Shown: positions 39,592 to 47,081 of the stretch, in pieces | Numbering within the stretch: the first letter of the stretch is position 1 | Layout of the letters: every line of letters starts with the position of its first letter | IMG/VR virus record: IMGVR_UViG_3300005764_001667 | Coordinates: 1 to 56,241 of that record | Source: a virus | Lineage: Duplodnaviria > Caudoviricetes | Length of the DNA stretch: 56,241 bases | Strand: one strand, 5' to 3' | Notes under the pieces: model-generated | The model's input: only the letters and a program-made list of their open reading frames with translations | What the model was told of the DNA's origin: nothing | Databases searched by the model: none | Translations under genes and position numbers: made by a program

Positions 39592-40957
39592 GTTGCACCT
39601 TGGGTTTGAGTTTGATGAGGGTGCCTGGCATGAACACCCCCATGTATTCGCGCATGTCGTCGTAGATGGCCCGTAATGTGCCGTTCATGGGCTGGCGCTT
39701 GGATTCTTCAATCCGAATGGCGCAGAAACGGTGCCAGAAGTATTCAAAGAACAACTCGCCGGCCTCCGGCCAGTCATAGTCCTCGAAGGCGGCATTGATG
39801 CCCGCTTTGCGGTCCAGCCACTCCTTCCAGACTGCCTCGTTGGTGGTCTGGTCCGCGTGCATTTCCAAGAAACGCTCCGCGTTGCGCCACTTGGTAACAC
39901 ACCGTTTCCCGTATTCCATGCACACAGGGTTGATGCGGGTGTCGGAGCCGATGGTGGACTGTGCGGCCCAATAGCGAACGCCATCGGACGTGTGCTGGTC
40001 GAAGTATTCATTCGGCGGCTTGTAGTTTCCCTCCGTCTTGGAGATTTTCTTCCCTTTGGGGTCCAGGGCGTGACCACTGATGACGATGGTGCGCCAGGGA
40101 ATCTGATCGTTGTGGAGGACGCTTTTAATGATGGTGAATAGCGCCCAGGTGCGGATGATGTCGTGGGCCTGGAACCGAACGTCAAATATCGGACACTTGA
40201 GCGTGTTCTGGTATTTCCCTTCCTCATGCCAGGCTAGTTGCGGTGATAAACTGGACGTGTGCCAGGTGTCGAAGACGATGCCGGGCGGTTCTCCGGGGAT
40301 GGGGATGCCGTAGTTTCGCTCGCGGCTGATCGACCAGTCCTGGTTGCACTGGTCCAGCCAGGCCAGCAGGCGGTCTTTATATTTCTGCGGCTTCCAAACG
40401 ATCTGGTTGATGGCGGCGCGGATGCGTGGCAGGTTGTCGAGGACTTTTATGAACCAGCCCTCGCCCCGCCGGATTTCGACCTTTTCGCCGCTTCGCTCGT
40501 ACCGCCCGTCCTCGGTCAGTTCGTTTTGGGAGACGGAAACCTTGGTGACCGGGCAGAAGAAATAGTCCCGCTCGGCTTTGTACGCCTGGCCCTTGGCCAC
40601 CAAGTCGTGGAACGAGAGTTCGGCCAGGCGGACGGCGAAGGGGCTGAAAGTGCTATAGTGATGCCACGAGTAGGCCATCGCCAGGCGCATGAACAGGATG
40701 TGGTAGGCGAGGGCTTCGCCGTGGGAGAACCCGATGATTTGGTCTTGCTGCATAATGCCCGCAGCGTGGGCCAGTTTCTCCGTTGGGAGGCCGTTGTTGT
40801 CGTAACAGTACGGGTAGACGAGGTATTCGTCTTTTATGTGTCTGTGGTATCGGGCAATGAAGTCCATCTGGGCGTAGCTGAAAACATGGCCCATGTGGAG
40901 GGTGCCGCTAACGGTAGGCGGCGGAACGTCGATGAGGAATTTTCTGTCCTTGTTCAT
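39566..40957 (-). CDS. valS: minimal valyl-tRNA synthetase (463 aa; CP1 editing, CP2 and coiled-coil absent)
   Basis: ID.PPPTVSG.LHMGH, DNNGLPTE, DWSISR, FDTW..SS, QAHDIIRTW, KISKT. Confidence 0.92.
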   Translation of the reverse strand: MNKDRKFLIDVPPPTVSGTLHMGHVFSYAQMDFIARYHRHIKDEYLVYPYCYDNNGLPTEKLAHAAGIMQQDQIIGFSHGEALAYHILFMRLAMAYSWHHYSTFSPFAVRLAELSFHDLVAKGQAYKAERDYFFCPVTKVSVSQNELTEDGRYERSGEKVEIRRGEGWFIKVLDNLPRIRAAINQIVWKPQKYKDRLLAWLDQCNQDWSISRERNYGIPIPGEPPGIVFDTWHTSSLSPQLAWHEEGKYQNTLKCPIFDVRFQAHDIIRTWALFTIIKSVLHNDQIPWRTIVISGHALDPKGKKISKTEGNYKPPNEYFDQHTSDGVRYWAAQSTIGSDTRINPVCMEYGKRCVTKWRNAERFLEMHADQTTNEAVWKEWLDRKAGINAAFEDYDWPEAGELFFEYFWHRFCAIRIEESKRQPMNGTLRAIYDDMREYMGVFMPGTLIKLKPKVQHGTNLPSQ

Positions 40958-41063
40958 GGCGCAGTTGTCGGTTAGGGTGCGTGAAACGGCTGGGGTTGCG
41001 ATCCCACAAGGACTCGCAACCCTGACGCACGCCGACAACAAACCTGACTGCAACAAGGTGCAT
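40908..41063 (-). promoter_or_regulatory. Val-rich leader peptide/attenuator of valS
   Basis: TATAAT(41070-41075)-N6-ATG; MHLVAVRFVVGVR... has 5 Val in the first 12 codons, the last three lying in a long hairpin that ends a few nt before the valS ATG. Confidence 0.65.
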
Positions 41064-41106
41064 GGAGGTATTATACTCCCCCGGCCCAGAAAACGCTACC
41101 GAAAAT

Positions 41107-41202
41107 TAGCCGAGGCGGGACTCGAACCCGCAAGCCCTAACGGGCAGAGGATTTTAAGTTGCCTGGCTTAATCCTCAGCGTATACCTTTCCGCCACTCGG
41201 CC
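41107..41202 (-). tRNA. tRNA-Leu (UAA-like) with 13-nt insertion in anticodon loop
   Basis: Acceptor GGCCGAG/CTCGGCT+A73, D arm, stem GAGGA/TCCTC closing a 20-nt loop, long variable arm, GGTTCGAGTCC; no encoded CCA. Confidence 0.85.
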
Positions 41203-41888
41203 TAAACCTGCCAGTCCGCGTCCAGGCTGCGGTAGATCGGCTTCTTTTTGGGCCTTGGGGCACCGACGCCCGTGTGCTGCTGGATGACCTTCTGCACGGT
41301 GGCTTGGTCCTCCAGTCGGACCATACCACTCAGATCGTGCAGGGAGGCGATCCAGAAATCCCACTCGTGCCGGCTGCCAGCAACGGAAGGCTGGAGGAAC
41401 CGGGAATCGTCGTAGCTGGGGTACATCATGCCGCCGCCGGCCTGTTGCATTTTACGAACCACCAGCAGGTCGCGTCCAGTTTTATACGCCGTCACGTCGC
41501 CCAGCGCGGGGCTGTCGATGTCGCCCGCGACGGCCCGCATAACAACGGTGTGCAACATCTTGCCCATCGAAAAGACCATCGGCCCCTGGTTCTTGGAGAA
41601 AATGCCGCCCCGGTGGATGACGTTGTAAAAGTAGCGCTCTATCGGTTTGACCTCGCGGGCTTCTTGCACCTGATGTGGCCAAAGCGACTGGTAGAGGGCG
41701 CAGTAGTCGCACTGCCCTTGCCACCTGCCGTTCACCAGGATGCGGTGGCAGGTGTGGTTGGTCTGGCAGAGCCGATGCTGGCAGAAGCCGTGGAAAAGGC
41801 CCTTGCCCTTCCCAGGGGGCAGGATACGCAGCGTCACGGGGTCCGTCCCGGTCGGCAACGTGAAGAAGATGTTGCTGAGGTTTCCCAT
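41202..41888 (-). CDS. second gp32-like SSB paralog
   Basis: LRILP, CDYC, KPIERYFYNV, GP..FS.GK, GRDL, YPSYDDSRF; collinear with the gene at 1-647. Confidence 0.8.
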   Translation of the reverse strand: MGNLSNIFFTLPTGTDPVTLRILPPGKGKGLFHGFCQHRLCQTNHTCHRILVNGRWQGQCDYCALYQSLWPHQVQEAREVKPIERYFYNVIHRGGIFSKNQGPMVFSMGKMLHTVVMRAVAGDIDSPALGDVTAYKTGRDLLVVRKMQQAGGGMMYPSYDDSRFLQPSVAGSRHEWDFWIASLHDLSGMVRLEDQATVQKVIQQHTGVGAPRPKKKPIYRSLDADWQV

Positions 41889-42009
41889 ACGGGCCGATCT
41901 TATCCTGTTTTTTTCGCCGTGTAAAGCCTTGAAACTTTCATCCTTGACAGTACAATCAGACTGGAGGAAGTGCGCGACGAAACTAGACGGAAGTTCACCT
42001 ATATACGGC

Positions 42010-42723
42010 ATGGGTGAATTCGCAAACTTCTTCCGGCTACAGGAGATGGCTGCCCGGCGGTCCTTCACGCGGACGATGGGCAAGTACGAGCCGGAAGACA
42101 TCGAGAAGCCGGTAGCTACCCTGACCGCCTGGCGGGCGGAACTGAAGAACCCCGCCGGCCAACTCTACCCCGAAGAAGTGCGGCGGCGACGGAACGACGC
42201 TGCCAACGAGAAATTAAAACGCAATATTGAAAAACGCGGACTGTCGCATTACCCGGTGGTCGGTGCCGGCCAGGAGATGAAGAAGGGCGTGCTGACGGTG
42301 AACAAGGAAAACAGCTTTATAATCCAGCCGATTGGCACGATGTCGAACGACGAATTCATGCAGCATGTCCGCGAACTGTTATGGAACCCGACCGAGGAGG
42401 AAGGGCGCGGCCCGTTCCCGCATACGCAGTGGGGTGCCAGCATCAAGCTCCCCGGCAGGAAGCAGTCGTTCCTGAGTTACCATCCTGGTGACGTTCCGAC
42501 CGGCCCTGAAAGTTACACCGAGAAGGATGACATTGGTGCGAGGGCAGAACCCAGACGGGGGCAGGAGCGATATTACACTCAGATGAAATATGGGCCACGA
42601 GCCGAGCCGGCGATGATGGACCCATTGGACCAGCCCAGCGACGTAGGCAACCCGCCGCCGGGCAAAAGGGGTGAGGGGTTGCCTGGTCAACGTTTCACGA
42701 TCAAAGACAGAGAAGTGCCATGA
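42010..42723 (+). CDS. hypothetical (DUF3293-like) protein
   Basis: LTAWR...N..AN..L...GL...V.G...E.SF; upstream TATATA. Confidence 0.55.
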   Translation: MGEFANFFRLQEMAARRSFTRTMGKYEPEDIEKPVATLTAWRAELKNPAGQLYPEEVRRRRNDAANEKLKRNIEKRGLSHYPVVGAGQEMKKGVLTVNKENSFIIQPIGTMSNDEFMQHVRELLWNPTEEEGRGPFPHTQWGASIKLPGRKQSFLSYHPGDVPTGPESYTEKDDIGARAEPRRGQERYYTQMKYGPRAEPAMMDPLDQPSDVGNPPPGKRGEGLPGQRFTIKDREVP

Positions 42724-42983
42724 AGCAAGTTTGCATGAACTGTGGGTGGGAAGAAGAAGGCAGCCAGCATAAGGTCTGCCCTTCCTGCCAGAGCTTCGTT
42801 TATAACCACCACGATGTTCCGGTCTGCAAGGTCTGCGGCGACAAGACGGTGGCCACGTCTGGTTCGGGCCAGGGTGCGACCTGGGAATGCAAGAAAGGCC
42901 ACTACCAGGAGGGCCTGTCCCAATCTGGGCGGTGGTGCTACATGAACGGGGAGTACCAAGTTCTCGAAAGCTGGCAGAGCTAA
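42720..42983 (+). CDS. Zn-ribbon protein
   Basis: Three CxxC plus CxxGH. Confidence 0.55.
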   Translation: MKQVCMNCGWEEEGSQHKVCPSCQSFVYNHHDVPVCKVCGDKTVATSGSGQGATWECKKGHYQEGLSQSGRWCYMNGEYQVLESWQS

Positions 42984-43705
42984 TTGGCCTGGGGGTCGGG
43001 CTGTTCTTCCTCGTCCTCGTCATCAAGGCCGAGGTCTTCCCAGGGCACGCACTTCAATTCGCCGGTTTTTATCTTCTCGGTGGTGTCCTTCATTTCTTCG
43101 AGGAAGGCGGCGTTGTCCGCCGGCCCACCCATGAAGGAAATATCATCGTAGATGGCGTCGAGGATGTCGAGCAGCGAGAAGTCGCGCTCGCCCACGAACA
43201 GCAGCTTGGGTGGCCCCGTGTGGGGACGGTAAATCTCGACCGTGGTGTTCAGCTTCACCGGCAGGTGCGCCAGTTCCCACATTGGAGAATAAGAAACGCT
43301 GTAGCAAGTGAAGCCGTGGTCATCGGCCCTGCCGATGCCGTGGAAGTCTGGGTTCAGGTCGATGCTGTTCTTGCCCTTGTAGTGGTGGGTGCTGGCGTGC
43401 CAGTGGATTTCCAGGTAGTCGAGCGGTGCCTCCTGGTCGGGCAGCTTGAAGATAGACTTGCGGGCGTCCTCGTGGAAGTCGTCAATGTGGCCGCACCAGG
43501 AATACTGCGAAATGAACTCCTTGAGTTCAGGGAAGCCTTCGACGGCCTCGAAGATGTCCCGGAGCGTCACGCCTTCCTCGATCTCGCAGGAGCAGCGCAG
43601 GAGGGTCCAGACGTACTTGGGCTTGCGTTTTTTATATTCGCGGGCGTCTCTGTCCCACTTGTAGGACCAGATGCCGTCCTTTTCGATTTTGGCATGTTCT
43701 GACAT
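42980..43705 (-). CDS. hypothetical protein
   Basis: 241-aa ORF, acidic tail. Confidence 0.7.
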   Translation of the reverse strand: MSEHAKIEKDGIWSYKWDRDAREYKKRKPKYVWTLLRCSCEIEEGVTLRDIFEAVEGFPELKEFISQYSWCGHIDDFHEDARKSIFKLPDQEAPLDYLEIHWHASTHHYKGKNSIDLNPDFHGIGRADDHGFTCYSVSYSPMWELAHLPVKLNTTVEIYRPHTGPPKLLFVGERDFSLLDILDAIYDDISFMGGPADNAAFLEEMKDTTEKIKTGELKCVPWEDLGLDDEDEEEQPDPQAN

Positions 43706-43848
43706 GATTCTTTGCAGCCTTGGCAGTACCAGTAGTGCGGCTTCGACAGGTACTCATTTGCCATTTCAAGGTTTACTTTGCCGCTCTCAATATTGTCCAG
43801 TAGCCTCAAAAGGCAGGACCGACCCAAAGCCCTTCCGGTTGGACACAA

Positions 43849-44095
43849 GGCAGTACACCCCCATAAGCGGGATTCTGTTCTATGCCATCATTTATCTCAC
43901 AGGCCGTGGTGGGCCTGCGGCCTTGCGGCTGCACCTACCAGACCGTCGCCCTGCTCACCGGCATGGGTCTATTTGGCTTGCACCCTCCGAGGTAACTCGA
44001 TACTGAGCCTTGCGGCTGTTCTCTCCCTCGTTAAGCAGTGGTGTCCCGACTTTCCTCTACGGCTTGCGCCGCAGCGATGGCTCGGAGTGACTGCC
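43849..44095 (-). ncRNA. rnpB: minimal RNase P RNA (~247 nt)
   Basis: GAGGAAAGTCGGG (CR I) and ACAGAATCCCGCTTA (CR V) with compensatory P4; P1 GGCAGT-CACTCC/GGGGTG-T-ACTGCC; P2 GCCATCG/TGATGGC; P3 with GCAA loop; TACAAT -10 at 44101-44106. Confidence 0.9.
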
Positions 44096-44107
44096 CGCTT
44101 ATTGTAT

Positions 44108-45403
44108 CTATTCATCGGGCAGTTGTAAAGGTGACAGCCACACCCGCCGCCACTTCTTGTTAAACTTCTCTTTTTGCTGCCAGGTGATCTGGTTGATGGC
44201 CGTGGGCGACAGACCGTTCAGCGTTTTGCAGCCCCCTTCCGCATGGTCCACAACCGCGCTGGTGACCAGGCAGTGGGCCAGGTGGTGTTTTTGCAATCGC
44301 AGTGCATAATCATTGTCTACGAACCAGAACCCAAATTGCGGGTCGTAGGGGCCGATGATGTCGAAGACCTCACGGCGATGCAGAATGCACCAGCCGGTGA
44401 CTACCTTGATGACCTCGTAGCCAAATACCAGCCCGGAGTTAAATTCGATTTTGAATTTTGGGCTTTGGGCGGGGCAAAACGCGGACGTACTCATGATGTC
44501 CGGGCACTCCTCCATGACCGCGATTTGTTCGGTGGCCCAATGCGCGTAGAAGGACACGTCGTTGTTGCAGATGCAGACATATCTTTTGTTAGTCATGCCC
44601 AGACCGATGTTGCTGTACGTCGAGTAATTGAAATCTTCATCGGGATAGTGGGTCCGGCACCCACGGTAACCGAAAGGCTTCAGTTCCCTGTTGGACTCCA
44701 ACACGAGCGGGTGGAAGGTTACCCCCTGTTGCTCGGATTGGTGGAGCGAATCCAGGCACGCCTGCGTTAAGTCTTGCAGTTCTTGGGTCTTGCCGTAGGA
44801 CAAGATAATCACATCCACGTCGCGGGTTGGCGAGAGCGGCCTGGGCGGCTCGAAGGGCATCCCCCTGGGCGCACGGAGGTTCCTGAAATAGATCGGGTTG
44901 TTGATCGTAGTCTCGCTTTTCAGAAACCTCATCACCCTCCAGGGCCAAAAGGAATCTTCGCCCTTGCTGAATTTCCAGAACGGCACCTGGCGGGCAAGTT
45001 CCAGGCGGTAGCACATGAACAGGTCGGGCGGGCCGTAGAAGTTGCATTCGGTATCAACCTCGTCGTAGCGAATGCTACAGAACTTGTTCTTGTGCCCTTC
45101 CTCGTAGTCGATCTGGTAGTGGAAGTTGATGAGGTCCACTCCGGGGTTATTTCTGATTGCCGCCAGGAGGCAGTCGATGTAGTTGTGGTTGATGTGATCG
45201 CCGGCCTCCACGAATGTAATGTACTTGCCCTGGGCATGGTTGAGGCAATCATTGCGCCGCTCGCTCACGCTGCGGGCCTCGTTGTCGAGGATGCAAAAGA
45301 CCTCGACCGGCACGCCCACCGTCTGGGCGTTTAATTCGTGGAGCAGTGGTCGGAGCCTGTTTAAGTCCTTGGTGGACCCTAGCACGGCAACTGTGAGTTC
45401 CAT
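44108..45403 (-). CDS. two-domain GT2 glycosyltransferase
   Basis: Domain 1 GKYITFVEAGD..GED; domain 2 ICNNDV..F.DND. Confidence 0.85.
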   Translation of the reverse strand: MELTVAVLGSTKDLNRLRPLLHELNAQTVGVPVEVFCILDNEARSVSERRNDCLNHAQGKYITFVEAGDHINHNYIDCLLAAIRNNPGVDLINFHYQIDYEEGHKNKFCSIRYDEVDTECNFYGPPDLFMCYRLELARQVPFWKFSKGEDSFWPWRVMRFLKSETTINNPIYFRNLRAPRGMPFEPPRPLSPTRDVDVIILSYGKTQELQDLTQACLDSLHQSEQQGVTFHPLVLESNRELKPFGYRGCRTHYPDEDFNYSTYSNIGLGMTNKRYVCICNNDVSFYAHWATEQIAVMEECPDIMSTSAFCPAQSPKFKIEFNSGLVFGYEVIKVVTGWCILHRREVFDIIGPYDPQFGFWFVDNDYALRLQKHHLAHCLVTSAVVDHAEGGCKTLNGLSPTAINQITWQQKEKFNKKWRRVWLSPLQLPDE

Positions 45404-46671
45404 TTTCGTATAAACCTGTCTTCCTGTTCGCGTAAAATTCTCGAATCCAGGGGCTTGGCCAAATGTGTCTTGCCGCCCTGGTCGATGTGGTTTACTACCC
45501 CGTTGGTGACCAGGACGTGCTTCAAGCCGCGTTCGCGGAGGCGGTACTGCATGTCCTTGGTGGCGTGCCACCAGATGAACTGCTCGTCCCAGGCCCCAAT
45601 GAGGTCGTAAAGACTGCGGCGGTGGAAAAAGCACCAGGGCGTGAAATACTTCATGCCTTCATGGGTGCCACTGTCCTGGGTGATCGCCAAGTGCGGGTGG
45701 GTGTACATGCAGAACGCGGACGCCGTGTAAACATCCGGGTTCTCCCGCAGGAATTTGATAATGCGTGCCGCCCAACCGGGGTGGAAGTGGGCGTCGTTGT
45801 GGGCGATGCACACGAATTCACTGTAGGTCTGCTTCACCACCGGGTTGACGTAGCGACTGTAGGAGAATGGGCCGTCCGGGTATATTGTCTGGCAGTTGTC
45901 GTATGGACGCTGCTCGCGGTTGCTTTCCAGCACGATGATGTTGCAATTTACGGACTTGTCCAGGTGTGACGTGTAGCAGGAATTAACCGCGTAATTCTGG
46001 GTCAGACTCCACAGGTCGTGGTTCAGGCAGTGGGACAATATAATCACGTCCACGACCGGCGTGGCCGGTGCCGGCGGACGGGCACGCTGGGCGACTATTT
46101 CCCTCTGCGTCTCGGTGGTCTGGCTATTGAACGTGTAGATGTACAGCGTTTTGTCAATGCGGGCCTGGCTTTTGATGTGCTTCGCCATCTCCCTGGCCCA
46201 ACGGGTATCTTCTTCCAGGTTGATCGGCTCGAAGCGAACCTGCCGGGCGTTGTCAGTGCGATGGCAACAGAAGTGCGAGGGGTAGCACTTCTTGTCGTAA
46301 ACGGTGTATTGGCTGGGGTTGTCTGTGTGGTACTGGAGGACGAACGGTTCGGGGAGGTCATCCAGGCGGCGTTCCAGGTCGAAGGCGATCACATCAACGC
46401 CCCGGTTTTGCCGGATGGATTCCAGCAGGGTGTCGATATAATCGTCGGCCACGTCGTCGTCGTCGTCAACGCAGGTGATATACTGTCCCTTGGCCATATC
46501 GAGGAGGGTCTGCCGTTTCTCGCCCACGGTTCTAGCCCGGTTGTCGAGAAAGCAGAGGATTTCCACCGGCTTTCCCGCCGCCTGCTCGTTCAGGCGGGTG
46601 AGGATGTTGGGGAGAAAAGTGTCAAGCCGGCTTGACAGGGACAGAACAGCTACGGTAAGGTCTATGCCCAT
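45379..46671 (-). CDS. two-domain GT2 glycosyltransferase (paralog of neighbour)
   Basis: GQYITCVDDDD..EED; second domain IAHNDA. Confidence 0.87.
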   Translation of the reverse strand: MGIDLTVAVLSLSSRLDTFLPNILTRLNEQAAGKPVEILCFLDNRARTVGEKRQTLLDMAKGQYITCVDDDDDVADDYIDTLLESIRQNRGVDVIAFDLERRLDDLPEPFVLQYHTDNPSQYTVYDKKCYPSHFCCHRTDNARQVRFEPINLEEDTRWAREMAKHIKSQARIDKTLYIYTFNSQTTETQREIVAQRARPPAPATPVVDVIILSHCLNHDLWSLTQNYAVNSCYTSHLDKSVNCNIIVLESNREQRPYDNCQTIYPDGPFSYSRYVNPVVKQTYSEFVCIAHNDAHFHPGWAARIIKFLRENPDVYTASAFCMYTHPHLAITQDSGTHEGMKYFTPWCFFHRRSLYDLIGAWDEQFIWWHATKDMQYRLRERGLKHVLVTNGVVNHIDQGGKTHLAKPLDSRILREQEDRFIRKWNSQLPC

Positions 46672-46699
46672 TCCGTAAAGGAGTATGCCAAGTTGAAAA

Positions 46700-46784
46700 T
46701 GCCCCCGCCAGGACTCGAACCCGGACACCCGTTACAGGTACTTGGGCCTAAGCCAAGCGCGTCTACCTTTTCCGCCACGGGGGC
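46700..46784 (-). tRNA. tRNA-Leu(UAG)
   Basis: GCCCCCG/CGGGGGC+A73, loop CT-TAG-GC, long variable arm, GGTTCGAGTCC; no encoded CCA. Confidence 0.95.
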
Positions 46785-46788
46785 AATG

Positions 46789-47073
46789 TCACCGGGCACC
46801 CACCTGGGGCGCTTGTTTCTCGGCAACCTCGGCACGTCGTTCGAGAAGCGTTCGGAGTGAATCCGACAACGCCTGCTCGTCTGGGAATTCCTTCTTCTCC
46901 AGCTTGGAAAATACAAGCTGGCCGTCGTAAGTGACCTCAAAACAGCCCTTGTCGCCGGGGATGAGGGTCAGTGACGTAATGTTGCGCTTGTGGGTCGTCA
47001 GCAGCAGGACCGCCAGACTAGCGGCCTTCGGCTCGTACCCTCACATGCTGCAATATTTAATCTCGATCTTCAT
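46789..47073 (-). CDS. Rdx/SelW-family selenoprotein (in-frame UGA = Sec)
   Basis: MKIEIKYCSM[TGA]GYEPKAASLA...LIPGDKGCFEV..DGQLVFSK....FP, 94 aa; hairpin 14 nt after the UGA. Confidence 0.88.
47008..47026 (-). promoter_or_regulatory. bacterial SECIS-like hairpin
   Basis: GGCCGCTA-GTC-TGGCGGTC, apical GU 23-24 nt after the UGA. Confidence 0.7.
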
Positions 47074-47081
47074 GATTTTTC

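Noticed and set aside
39566-41056. Longer ORF-track starts for valS (41056), metG (9391), GT (46728) and SSB2 (42101)
   Set aside because: Extensions run through RNA structures, tRNAs or neighbouring genes; family motifs begin at the downstream ATGs
41151-41170. Group I intron in tRNA-Leu(UAA)
   Set aside because: The insert is only 13 nt; no ribozyme core
47041-47043. Genome-wide stop-codon reassignment
   Set aside because: TGA, TAG and TAA all end recognisable genes at sensible places; only this UGA is internal, and it fits Sec
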